A stretch of 63,824 nt of DNA, the filler included, from Trichomonas gallinae (taxonomy: Eukaryota): NCBI GenBank assembly GCA_008369845.1. It is 6 parts of 6 records of this genome, joined end to end, with 100 filler letters (N's around TTAATTAATTAA, not from the genome) between each part and the next. Parts side by side here need not be neighbours in the genome. Positions count along the whole stretch, not along the records: positions 40,776 to 56,357 come from MRSU01000338.1; positions 56,458 to 59,400 come from MRSU01000360.1; positions 59,501 to 62,707 come from MRSU01000365.1; 3 more parts are not named here. One strand, 5' to 3'. This document shows positions 50,371 to 60,291 of this stretch, in pieces (position 1 is the stretch's first letter; every line of letters begins with the position of its first letter). Made by a program: the position numbers and the translations under genes. The notes beneath the pieces were generated by a model, which was not told the DNA's origin, did no database searches, and saw nothing but the letters and a program-made list of their open reading frames with translations.

Positions 50371-53139
50371 TTAATCTTCTTCTTCTTCGTCATCATCATT
50401 TTCTTCATCTTCATCGTCTTTCTCTTCTTCTTCTTTTTCTTCTTCTTCTTCTTTTTCTTCTTCTTCTTCTTTTTCTTCTTCTTCTTCTTTATCATTGTCT
50501 TCTTCCTCTTCTTCAATTTCTTTTTCGTCTTCCTCTTCTTCTTCTTCTTTCTTTTCCTCTTCCACCTCTTCTTCATCTTTAACGTCATCACTTACAACCA
50601 TGTCTGTTTGTTTAAGTTTCGGTTGATCTACACTAGATTTCAAATCAAATTTGAAATCATTTGGATTGAATGCCATTCCTGAAGTATCCATATTCTTTGG
50701 CATATCAAGCTCTGCAATTTGCTCTTCTTCGCTATTTTGAGAATCACGATTTGCTAATTTGAGTGTTTGCGCAAGATTTTGTGTCTTTCCACATGTATCA
50801 TCGTTACCTGTATCAGATGATTCATCTTTAATACACAAAGATAGCTTTCCAGTTTTACCAAAAGGATCATTGTTTTTAATTGAAGATTCATTATCAGAAC
50901 TTTCATCTTGTAACTTTGTTGAGAGTTTTTCTGTTTTTCCTAGTGGATTATTCATCTTTATTGAAGATTCAAAATTATTTTCTTGCGAATTATTGTTTGA
51001 AGCTGATTCATAATGTGATAACTCATTATTGTTAAATGATACACTAAGTTTTTGTTGTTTTTCTGTTGAAATTTGATTATCTGAAATTTTATTATCTTGA
51101 TTTGTTTTAGAAATTTTTGCTGATTGTGCTTCTTGTTCTGATTTTTGCTGTGTTTTATCTTCATATTCGAATTTAGGAATTGTATTTGTATTTGATTTCG
51201 CAGGAAGTGGTTTGTTCGTTGGATAGCCTAGTGTTATCTCAGAGAGATTGGACATGAGCACTGAAATTTGGTTTTCCAAGTCATCAAGCTTTGAGTCAAC
51301 GTCAGCATCAAAAATCGATGAAAATCTGTGTAGCTCATCTCTAAACACGCTGTTCTCTGTTAGCGAAGGATCAGTTACGACAGATAATTTGTCGTTATAC
51401 TCTTTGAATCCCATATTTATCTCTTCCTGGCATGTTTTCGTTTTTTGTTTTAACTCATTTAGATTTCGGCTTAAGTTAGAAATGGCTTCAGTGAACTGGC
51501 TTGATAAAACCTGCATCACTCCTTCAAGCTGAGTTAATTGGTTATCAATTTCTTCGAGTTTCTTTGCATTTTGAAGAGTTGGACTTAAATATCTAATAAT
51601 CGAGTCTCCGTTATTATGAATATGTTGTCTTCCTTTAAGCTCTGCATTCCTTGCCATATCTTCCATAGCTTTCCCTTGGACAACTACTTCTTTCTTGATT
51701 GCTTCCGCGAAATGAGAATATTTATCTCTAATTTCTTGGCTGTTTTTCTTTCTTGCTTCAGATTCTTCTTGTAATGTTTGCTCTAGTAAAACTAATGATG
51801 TATTTGTTCCATCTTTCAAATCTGTTATAGTTTGAACTAATTCATTTCTAATCGCGTTGAAATTTGCTTCACTTTCAGTCAATATTTGATCACATCGTGA
51901 AGAAACGTCAGTAGTAAAAGCCTCGCAGTCATTCACTGTCTGTTCTATAGCTTGAGAAATAGAAGTTGATAATCCACCGAGCATCGAAGAAAAATTTTTC
52001 GTGAGTTCGCCGACGAAATTATTTAATGAATTTATGGCTGATGAAGCCCTGCGATTCACTTCTTGTACTTGAGCTTGTAAAGACCCTGATGTCCTAGACC
52101 TGATTTCACTGACATTTCTTATCTGTTCGCTTAACTGTCTTGAAATTTGTTGAGTTGTTCCTGCCATAGAACTTTGTAGTGTAGAAAATGATTTTGTTGT
52201 CCCAGAATCAATGATATCAAAGTTTTTAGAAAAAGTTGCTGCATCTGTTACACCTTTAGACAGTCTCTGCATCAGAGAATCTATCCTCTGTGTGCTCGTA
52301 TCTCCTAATTTCTTGTGTTTCTGTAGGTCACTTTTTGCAGTGATTGTCGCAGCTTTTGATGATTCTGAGAATTCTAAGAAACTCGATGAAAACTGAGTTA
52401 TTGCAACATTTGCTTCAGAAATTCGTTCCCTAAGTTCTGCTATCTCATTATTTATCTGCACCGTTGAAGAATCAACGAGATTTCGGTTGTCTTTTGATGA
52501 ATCATGTAATCTTTTTGAAAATGTTTGAATTTCTGTCGATGACAAATGGTCAATATCCGATTTTAGTACATCTATTTGTGTAATGATCTGTGGTATTGAG
52601 TTTCCTTCTAATATATCATGTGTTGCTGTTGTTTGTGATAATGCATTTTGGATATTTGTTTCTATCAGCTCAACACTTGATATTCTTTGACTAAAAGCAG
52701 AAGGATCGACAACAGATGAATGCTGGACACGTGACATGACTGGAGGGACATCAGCTTTAATTGAAGAAAAATTTATTGCAATTGGAGCAATTGATGTAGG
52801 TGATACATATGGTCGTTGTACTTGGTATGAATTTTGCGGATATTGTCGATTTGCAATTTGGTTGTAATTGTTTCGATTCATATTTTGATTATTATATGGA
52901 ACGAGATTTGACGAAATAGGTGGTTGATATTGTTGTCTTTGCGGAGATACTGGATACTGCTTAGGTACAATTTGATTTAGAGCAGTCATTGATTCATAAG
53001 TTGATTTTATCTGATTTTCTGGTGTATGAATTTGCCTTTTAATTGCATTTTCTTCAATTTGTGCCTTTAATTGTTGCTTTAGTAATTCTCTATTCGCAAG
53101 TCTCTGTTGTTTTATTCTTTCACCTTCCTCCCCCCACAT
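50371..53139 (-). CDS. Coiled-coil protein with Gln/Pro-rich N-terminus and poly-acidic tail
   Basis: ~922 aa from ATG 53139; long helical core; (GAA)n-encoded Glu tail. Confidence 0.8.
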   Translation of the reverse strand: MWGEEGERIKQQRLANRELLKQQLKAQIEENAIKRQIHTPENQIKSTYESMTALNQIVPKQYPVSPQRQQYQPPISSNLVPYNNQNMNRNNYNQIANRQYPQNSYQVQRPYVSPTSIAPIAINFSSIKADVPPVMSRVQHSSVVDPSAFSQRISSVELIETNIQNALSQTTATHDILEGNSIPQIITQIDVLKSDIDHLSSTEIQTFSKRLHDSSKDNRNLVDSSTVQINNEIAELRERISEANVAITQFSSSFLEFSESSKAATITAKSDLQKHKKLGDTSTQRIDSLMQRLSKGVTDAATFSKNFDIIDSGTTKSFSTLQSSMAGTTQQISRQLSEQIRNVSEIRSRTSGSLQAQVQEVNRRASSAINSLNNFVGELTKNFSSMLGGLSTSISQAIEQTVNDCEAFTTDVSSRCDQILTESEANFNAIRNELVQTITDLKDGTNTSLVLLEQTLQEESEARKKNSQEIRDKYSHFAEAIKKEVVVQGKAMEDMARNAELKGRQHIHNNGDSIIRYLSPTLQNAKKLEEIDNQLTQLEGVMQVLSSQFTEAISNLSRNLNELKQKTKTCQEEINMGFKEYNDKLSVVTDPSLTENSVFRDELHRFSSIFDADVDSKLDDLENQISVLMSNLSEITLGYPTNKPLPAKSNTNTIPKFEYEDKTQQKSEQEAQSAKISKTNQDNKISDNQISTEKQQKLSVSFNNNELSHYESASNNNSQENNFESSIKMNNPLGKTEKLSTKLQDESSDNESSIKNNDPFGKTGKLSLCIKDESSDTGNDDTCGKTQNLAQTLKLANRDSQNSEEEQIAELDMPKNMDTSGMAFNPNDFKFDLKSSVDQPKLKQTDMVVSDDVKDEEEVEEEKKEEEEEEDEKEIEEEEEDNDKEEEEEKEEEEEKEEEEEKEEEEKDDEDEENDDDEEEED
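50375..50580. repeat. (TTC)n/(GAA)n coding microsatellite
   Basis: Imperfect TTC run encoding the EEEEK tail of the minus-strand gene. Confidence 0.85.
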
Positions 53140-53742
53140 ATTAACGTACAAAAAAGTGTCGAAATTTTAAAATTGTCAATTTTTTAACTTTTGACATTTG
53201 TCAAAAATCGTTTTGCTGATTGACATTTGTAACATTTGCAGCTATATAACCGCCATGACAACATTCAATGTCATCTGATTTCCCACCATGTCCACCCCAT
53301 AACTCAAAAAAATATATTCCCGGTTGAATATTATTAGAACAATTTGCAGAAAAATTTACGGGTGGCAAATGTTAAATTTGTCATTCACAAATCTTCAAAA
53401 CAAAAATAATACATTTTCTACGCATATAACAAGAAGAATTGTATATAGTTTTACATGACGGAGTGTCATATTTAGGAGAAATTCGTATGATTTACATGTC
53501 ATATCGTCAAAATTTACGAAAATTGATTCAAAGAGAAAAAAAAAGAATGAACTTAGGTTATATAGTAAAAAGTGAAACCATATAGGTCTATATTACTCCA
53601 TTTAAATAACTAACGAAAATGGGAATTTAGTTATAACAGATAGAAAAAAGTTGTCAATATTTATTGACGAATTTAACCTTAATGTAAGTGAAATAAAAAT
53701 ACAAGTTAAAAAAAAAATAGATTAATGCATGCCATATACTCT

Positions 53743-56004
53743 TCATTGCAAGAGATTAGAATATTTCGCCTTGGCAGCTTCATATTTTTGTTTGAGTTTA
53801 TCAAGCAAATTTTGAGGAGGTGAATTCTGTTCATTAATTTCATCAATCAAATTTTCAAGTTCATCCAATGCATGGCGTATTTCTCTCTTCTGTTGCATAT
53901 TTGCCACGTTGTTTATAATTTTTGAGAGATTTTCACTGAATTTTGATACTACATTGACCAAACTATTATCAACAGCTTCAATTCGCGCAATGTTAGAATG
54001 GATATTCCTGATTTCTGCATCTGAAAGGTCTAAGGCGTTCTTAACTTCGAACGTTTGAGCAGACACATTGTTTGTTATTGGTTGAACCTCGCATGTAATG
54101 ATATTTATATCACTTACCTTGAAATTAACTATGAATATGACTGATTGTGCCTTAACTGGACCACCACTTTGATCGATTGGGATATTGTAAGCTGCAATCC
54201 AGTGGCATTTTTCAGGATCTTTATCATCTCCCCAGTAAACTTCGAGAGTAATTTCTTCGTCATCATCCCCTGCATTTGCAAATGTTTGTTTTCCACTTGT
54301 TGGTAAAATATTGCCTTTTCGGAGAATAGGAGTGATAAATGGATTTCCATTGGAATCCAAAACCTTCAAACCGATTGACCTTGGAAGTCTCTGAGTGATT
54401 GTTAGACCATCATCATCTGAACTCGAATCAACGTTAATCTGCCGTCTATTTGATGCTCCTGGCTTTGATGCTGTTCCTGTCGGTCTCTGTCTTGCTCGTT
54501 GTCTGCTGACTATATCAGAATCTGATGATGTGTCTGAGTCATTCATTATCCTTCTGCCGGTTGATGGCTTAGGTTTTGTTACAGGTTCATCGCCTGAGTC
54601 TGAATAGTTGACAGCCACTGGTCTCATTCTAGCTGGTTGTACTGTTCCTGATGGCTTTGTTACTGGTCTTGAAGGATTACGTTTTGGCTTAATATCTGAT
54701 TCTGAGTCAGAACTGCTATCTATTGGTACTCTACGCCTGGCTGAGGTCGCTGCTGCGCTAGATGCACCTGGCTTTGGAGTTGTTGCAGATGGTTTTGTAT
54801 TTTGAGCCGGTTCATCTTCTGCACCAGATGATGGTTTTGGATCCCTTCCTCGGCAGAGCTGATATCTCCAGATGGCTCCACCGCGTGCAACGGCTCCAAG
54901 CTGATCGACAGCATTACAGATATTTTTATCATCGATCTTGAGTTCATCTTTAAGCAAGGTTTTGACGAGAGGAATGAGTGATGATCCACCAACAAGCATT
55001 ATTTTCATAGCTTGAACTTCATTTTCATCAGCACATTCTTTTTTAACAACATCTCTAACTTTTTCGATTGTCCGCATGATAATTGGCTTTATTATCTCTT
55101 CAAATTCTCTTTTTCTCATTGTATATTTAAATTGGCCACATGGTAAATCAAGAACAAATTCGTCTGATAACATGCCAGATGAAAGTCTTTCTTTTAACGC
55201 TTTGGAGTTACATTTAGTCATTGAAAAGTAATTCGCGTTGCCTGCAGCTTTAATATCATAATCGTATTGTTCCTTAATCTTATTGGCAAAATGATCAACG
55301 AGCTCCATGTCAATATCTTGTCCGCCAAGCTCTGCGTTGCCATCTGTTGTGGTAACATTGATATTTTGGCCAAAAACTTCGGCAACAGAAACATCGAATG
55401 TACCACCACCAAAATCGTAGACTAGGATCTTATGGCGTTTGTTCTTTTCTAAATCATCGAAAATTGTAAGAACTGCCGCAGTAGGTTCGCAAATCAGACC
55501 GACTTCTTTAAATCCTGCAAGTTGAGCGGCAGTTTTTGTTTCTTCGATCTGTTTAGGATTAAACTGTTGTGGATGTGTAATAACAACTGATGAAATTTCT
55601 GTATTTAAAGCTTGTTCTGCTTCTGTCTTAAGGAATTTAAGGATATAACTTGAAATTTCGAGCGGCTTAAGCGTCATATTACCAACTTTTATCTCAATAT
55701 CTTGGCTTCTATTTGCCTGAACTTGAAATGGCCAGGATTTGACAAACTTCCGAATTTTTGAAAACTTTAAGCCAAGCATTCTTTTTGAATCGTAAATGAC
55801 ATTTTGTGCTTTATTAGATGATAATCTATCAGCTTCATCACCATAGCGACTAGTCTTATTTTCTTCCAGATAAACTTTTGACGGAATACTTACTTGTCCT
55901 TTGATTCTCACGAGATCAGTGAGCTTTGTAGTTGGATTATAATATGCCACACTGGAGTACGTAGTGCCAAGATCAATTCCAACGTAATATTGTGGCTGAG
56001 CCAT
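53743..56004 (-). CDS. Atypical Hsp70/DnaK family protein with long disordered interdomain insert
   Basis: GIDLGTTYS, DSKRMLG, EPTAA, YDFGGGTFDVS, LGGQDID, LVGGSSLIP, AVARGGA, then an SBD-like LPRSIGL..ILRKGNILP. No EEVD. An alternative in-frame ATG lies at 56049. Confidence 0.9.
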   Translation of the reverse strand: MAQPQYYVGIDLGTTYSSVAYYNPTTKLTDLVRIKGQVSIPSKVYLEENKTSRYGDEADRLSSNKAQNVIYDSKRMLGLKFSKIRKFVKSWPFQVQANRSQDIEIKVGNMTLKPLEISSYILKFLKTEAEQALNTEISSVVITHPQQFNPKQIEETKTAAQLAGFKEVGLICEPTAAVLTIFDDLEKNKRHKILVYDFGGGTFDVSVAEVFGQNINVTTTDGNAELGGQDIDMELVDHFANKIKEQYDYDIKAAGNANYFSMTKCNSKALKERLSSGMLSDEFVLDLPCGQFKYTMRKREFEEIIKPIIMRTIEKVRDVVKKECADENEVQAMKIMLVGGSSLIPLVKTLLKDELKIDDKNICNAVDQLGAVARGGAIWRYQLCRGRDPKPSSGAEDEPAQNTKPSATTPKPGASSAAATSARRRVPIDSSSDSESDIKPKRNPSRPVTKPSGTVQPARMRPVAVNYSDSGDEPVTKPKPSTGRRIMNDSDTSSDSDIVSRQRARQRPTGTASKPGASNRRQINVDSSSDDDGLTITQRLPRSIGLKVLDSNGNPFITPILRKGNILPTSGKQTFANAGDDDEEITLEVYWGDDKDPEKCHWIAAYNIPIDQSGGPVKAQSVIFIVNFKVSDINIITCEVQPITNNVSAQTFEVKNALDLSDAEIRNIHSNIARIEAVDNSLVNVVSKFSENLSKIINNVANMQQKREIRHALDELENLIDEINEQNSPPQNLLDKLKQKYEAAKAKYSNLLQ

Positions 56005-56330
56005 TAAAATTAAAAATAAAAGTGTTGGCTTTTTTTTCGACTGAGCCATTAAAATTTTTTTGACGTAATTACAAATAATTTTGTATTTATAGCACATATA
56101 GTTCTAAATAAAAATTACATGTTTTTGCCATGTAAATTATTACGACTATTTCTTTGACAATGTAAACATTTCATAACTATCTCCGATTATTTTCATTCGA
56201 TTTTGAATCAACCTAGGAATGAATAATAACTATTGAGTTTCGCTGAAACCGTAAAAGTGCAAAATATTTTGAAAGTATTTTAAAATTGTCAAAAATGGCC
56301 CCTGCTTATAAAACGTGTCAGGTTCGACGC

Positions 56331-56357
56331 TACAGTAGAGCCCAAGAAAACTCCACC
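56331..56357 (+). mobile_element. Possible Tc1/mariner-pogo-type terminus (TA + CAGTAG...) at contig end
   Basis: TA|CAGTAGAGCCC...; Tc1/pogo TIRs typically start CAGT after a TA target site, and the contig breaks 25 nt later. Confidence 0.35.
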
Positions 56358-56457
56358 NNNNNNNNNNNNNNNNNNNNNNNNNNNNNNNNNNNNNNNNNNN
56401 NTTAATTAATTAANNNNNNNNNNNNNNNNNNNNNNNNNNNNNNNNNNNNNNNNNNNN
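56358..56457. other. Artificial contig linker
   Basis: N44-TTAATTAATTAA-N44. Confidence 0.98.
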
Positions 56458-58239
56458 GGAAAGAAAACACCAAACTCACAGTTAGCTTCATTTGCTTATT
56501 TCTTAAAAGTGCCAGAAGACAAGGAGGTCGGAATGCACAACATTACTATTGAAGCTAAAGACTCAAATGAGCACGAGGCAACTGAGGTAGTGACAAAGGT
56601 TATAGAAATCACTGATCCTTCATCTGTCAGAACACAAGAGTTAAGAGGGAATGTCACCGATGAGACTGAAAAACTTGACAGTAAGAAGAGCTCGTGCTTC
56701 GATATCTTTTACAAGAAGACAGGAGATGGAAACGGCAAATCAACATCATACAATTATGAAGGCTACTATGTTGGATTCAGAACATATGATGAAGGAAGGC
56801 CATCAGAAACGCAACTCATCAAGCACACTGAAGGATCAAAGGCTCAGCTTGAAAACTTCTCAATCACTCAGCGCACCGAGTATGACCCAGTCACAGGATA
56901 CCTTCAAGTTATTTTTGATGTCCAGAACACAGATTATTGGTCAAAGACGATCGATCTTGGTGTCTTCGTCGATACACAACTCAACGGGAATAATGATGGA
57001 GATGGAATCAAATTGAGAAATGATGGACGTGGTGTCACAATTAGCGATAAATCTAGTGGAATTTTCATGACATTCTTCTTGCTTGACTACGGCTCATTCC
57101 CCAACGTCGATACTATATTCCTCGACGAAATAGACAATATTCGCAGATCTAATGATGAACTCGATGTTTCGAATATTCCCTTCTTCAGAACTTCTAACAC
57201 GAAAGAATCGAAAGGCAACGCCATGCTTTCATTCTCATGGCTCAAGCGCGAAATTATGCCAGACACAAACGTCTCATTCGGTTTCACAATTGCACCAGAT
57301 AGCAACATCAAGACACCAACAAGAATTGTTGACGAGACTGATCTAGCCTTTGCCAGCAAAAATGAAAACATTAACCTCAAGTTCCGAATTATTGATGGAG
57401 ACGTTGGTGAAAATGTAGCTGTAAATCTTGATCTAAATGGAAAAACAGAACAACTTGATGTACAAATCCTTGATAAAGATAAAGGAATGTCCATAACAAG
57501 AGAGGTTAATACAGGAGATGGAAAATATTATAGTTATTCAGTTTCAGCACGTGATAAAGATGTTAAATTCACTTCTAAAACTATTGACGTCAAGCTGCCT
57601 CTTTCTAAATCACCAATAATCGGTTTTGATCCAACAATGCTGAAGAAGAACTATGTTGTAAATCAGACAATTACAATTTCAGGCTGGGCAGAAGATGAAA
57701 CTGGTGGAAAAATTAAATACAGATTTAATAACGGTAGAGAACATATTGCAGACAAATTCCTCAAAGAAGGTGATGGTTCACGTATTGTTTACAACTATAA
57801 TCAAGAAGTTCCAATTCCAGAGCAGCTCATACCAGGAAAATCCTACGATCTTTCAGTCTGGGCAGAAGATGACGCAGGAATTCAATCTACAAAGAAAGAA
57901 ACTTATAAATTCCATTATGATCTCCCTGTTCATCCTCACCTTATCAAGGCTGGTCTTAACAAAAAAGTTGCACACGCTGGAGATAAAATACTCGGCTATG
58001 TTCTTGCTGATATTAATTCTACCAATACTGAGCTTCTCATTTATGCCAAATTTGGTAAGGATGATTTCAAGCCAGTTGGACAACCATTCAAAAAATCGAA
58101 GCGTTCTCCAAATGCTTTCTTCTATGAAGTTCCATCAAATGCTAAACCTGGAGATTATGAAATCATTTTCCGCGTTGAAGATATGTCTTCATTACAGTCC
58201 GAAAATATCTCACAGACTCTTACTATCGTGGATAAATAA
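56458..58239 (+). CDS. Bap-like large beta-sandwich (Ig/cadherin-like) repeat surface protein, 5'-truncated
   Basis: The frame is open to the contig edge (GKKTPNSQLASFAYFLKVP). Beta-rich modules TITISGWAEDE..IKYRFNNG, LSVWAEDDAG, YEIIFRVED. Confidence 0.75.
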   Translation, partial: GKKTPNSQLASFAYFLKVPEDKEVGMHNITIEAKDSNEHEATEVVTKVIEITDPSSVRTQELRGNVTDETEKLDSKKSSCFDIFYKKTGDGNGKSTSYNYEGYYVGFRTYDEGRPSETQLIKHTEGSKAQLENFSITQRTEYDPVTGYLQVIFDVQNTDYWSKTIDLGVFVDTQLNGNNDGDGIKLRNDGRGVTISDKSSGIFMTFFLLDYGSFPNVDTIFLDEIDNIRRSNDELDVSNIPFFRTSNTKESKGNAMLSFSWLKREIMPDTNVSFGFTIAPDSNIKTPTRIVDETDLAFASKNENINLKFRIIDGDVGENVAVNLDLNGKTEQLDVQILDKDKGMSITREVNTGDGKYYSYSVSARDKDVKFTSKTIDVKLPLSKSPIIGFDPTMLKKNYVVNQTITISGWAEDETGGKIKYRFNNGREHIADKFLKEGDGSRIVYNYNQEVPIPEQLIPGKSYDLSVWAEDDAGIQSTKKETYKFHYDLPVHPHLIKAGLNKKVAHAGDKILGYVLADINSTNTELLIYAKFGKDDFKPVGQPFKKSKRSPNAFFYEVPSNAKPGDYEIIFRVEDMSSLQSENISQTLTIVDK

Positions 58240-58380
58240 ATTTGTTTTTATTTTCTATTTTATAACCTCTATTTTTGATAAAATACATTTTATTTTTCTA
58301 TGAGCATTCTCAAAACACTTTTAATATAATGAAGAACTTATATATTATATGCTAAATTTTTATCAATTTTTCATAGCACA

Positions 58381-59400
58381 TTATGTGACCATAAGTGTCC
58401 TTGTAATTGTTTCAGGTGAGTACAAATCATCACTATCCTGAGCTCTGAAGGTGATATCATATGTTCCTCTATCCATTGGCTTAGGAACATAATAATAGAA
58501 AGCAAATGGCGTGAGACCTGACTTCTGAGTTGCGCGGCCAACATATCTCCAATTTTCATTACCAATTTTCGCATACATATAAACGTCCGTATCAAGTGCC
58601 TCGTCGTTTATAAGAGCGTAGCCGAGGACTCTATCTCCAGCATGTACAACTCTCGTGCTAAGACCTGCCTTCAAAAGATGAGGATTGATTGGTACGGCAA
58701 GATAGAATTTGTGTGTAGCTGGCCATGAAGTTCTGATGCCTTCGTCATCTTCGGCCCAGACTGTAAGATTATATTCACGGCCTGGTTTAAGCTGTTCTGG
58801 GATTGGAATTTCCTTATAATACTCAACATAGTCAAAATCGTATACGGTATAAAAGCTTTGTGCGATGTGGATTCTTCCATTATTGAACTGGTATTTAATT
58901 GTACCACCTGTTTCATCATAAACAAAGCCTGAGATTGTGATTGTCTGATTGATAAGATATCTATTTTTCATAATGTATGTATCAAGGTTAAAGCCTGGCG
59001 GGTAAGAAATTGGTAATGTCCTGTCGATTAGATTCGAGACAAATCTGCTGTCGTTATCAACAGCGTATGCTTTGTAACGGTAGCCATTGCCGGATCCGAT
59101 GTTGACTGTCTTATTGAACTCGTGTTCCTCACCTGCGCTTGTGATGTTGAAACAATGTGTCTCATTCTCTCCATTTAGCCAAAGGTTAAGCGTAATTTGC
59201 TCGCCGATGTCGCCATCGATAATTTTGAATTTGAGGGTGACTCCTTCTTCTCTGGTGTAGAAGGTCTTCTTTTCTGTCTCATCGATGATTCTTGCCGGTG
59301 TCTTGATTCTGTGATCAGGAGCAACTGTGAAGCCAAATGTGACAACTGTGTCTGGCTTGATTTCGCGCTGAAGCCATGAGAAAGAGTACATAGCGTTTCC
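58381..59400 (-). CDS. Bap-like surface protein paralog, 5'-truncated
   Basis: Open to the contig edge (GNAMYSFSWL). Colinear homology with the C-terminal ~340 aa of 56458-58239 (SFSWL.REI.PDT.V.FGFT.APD..IKTP.RI.DET; NQTITISG; VWAEDD.GI; PHL.KAGL). Confidence 0.8.
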   Translation of the reverse strand, partial: GNAMYSFSWLQREIKPDTVVTFGFTVAPDHRIKTPARIIDETEKKTFYTREEGVTLKFKIIDGDIGEQITLNLWLNGENETHCFNITSAGEEHEFNKTVNIGSGNGYRYKAYAVDNDSRFVSNLIDRTLPISYPPGFNLDTYIMKNRYLINQTITISGFVYDETGGTIKYQFNNGRIHIAQSFYTVYDFDYVEYYKEIPIPEQLKPGREYNLTVWAEDDEGIRTSWPATHKFYLAVPINPHLLKAGLSTRVVHAGDRVLGYALINDEALDTDVYMYAKIGNENWRYVGRATQKSGLTPFAFYYYVPKPMDRGTYDITFRAQDSDDLYSPETITRTLMVT

Positions 59401-59500
59401 NNNNNNNNNNNNNNNNNNNNNNNNNNNNNNNNNNNNNNNNNNNNTTAATTAATTAANNNNNNNNNNNNNNNNNNNNNNNNNNNNNNNNNNNNNNNNNNNN
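59401..59500. other. Artificial contig linker
   Basis: N44-TTAATTAATTAA-N44. Confidence 0.98.
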
Positions 59501-59533
<33 letters not shown>

Positions 59534-60003
59534 GTCGCTCAAGTTGCTTTCTTCAATTTTCAAATGAAACCACTTTATATAAATTGTGTGCATGCATACA
59601 ACAACCAGGCGAAGAGAGAAACATATCAGGAATCGCAACTTGATAACATTCTAATTTTGACAAATAAAATATTTACATGGCAATTTATTAATTCATCATC
59701 ATAATGATCAATATCTTGGCTGGTGATCAAAACTAATATAATGATTTTATTACACAGCAAGGAATAGACAAGAATGAAAACAAAGGATATTTAGCTTAAA
59801 AATTGCGTATGATAAAATTGTGTTTATAAGATATATCATATATGATATAATAACAGTTATTATTCTTCCAAAGGAATAGTTGGAAGTAGATGTAATAAGT
59901 TCATTAAACTAAAACTAAACCATCATTAAAATCAAACATTGTGAAAATTTAATATTAAATATATAAAAAATTTAAAGCATTATGGATATTTTAAGTAAGA
60001 AAA

Positions 60004-60291
60004 TTAATTTTCGACGATCAAATATATTACAAATGCAATTAAAAAAAGTATCAATATGCCGCATTCATCACTTGATCTCCTTCTTTTTTGTCCTGGTCTG
60101 TAAGTTGGATCCACTTTCCATTTGGAGTACCAGTTACTAATAGATTTGGGATTTATGTTCGTTTGTCTTCCAATTTCTGCAAAATTTAATCTTTCTCTTG
60201 GATATTTCTGGAAAACTGCAAAAACTTCATTTACTAGCTCTGGATCTCTCTCATACTTCTTATGGCGCCTATCGAATTTGTGTGAAAACAT
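60004..60291 (-). mobile_element. Truncated transposase-like N-terminal helix-turn-helix (DDE/pogo-like) remnant
   Basis: FAEIGRQTNINPKSISNWYSKWKVDPTYRPGQKRRR is an HTH plus NLS-like stretch. It is followed by AT-rich non-homologous sequence, with no DDE domain. Confidence 0.5.

Noticed and set aside
50274..50682. Poly-Lys and poly-Phe ORFs
   Set aside because: Alternative-frame and antisense readings of the (GAA)n Glu tail.
56296..56330. GGTTCGA B-box-like word
   Set aside because: No A-box or cloverleaf pairing; not a tRNA.
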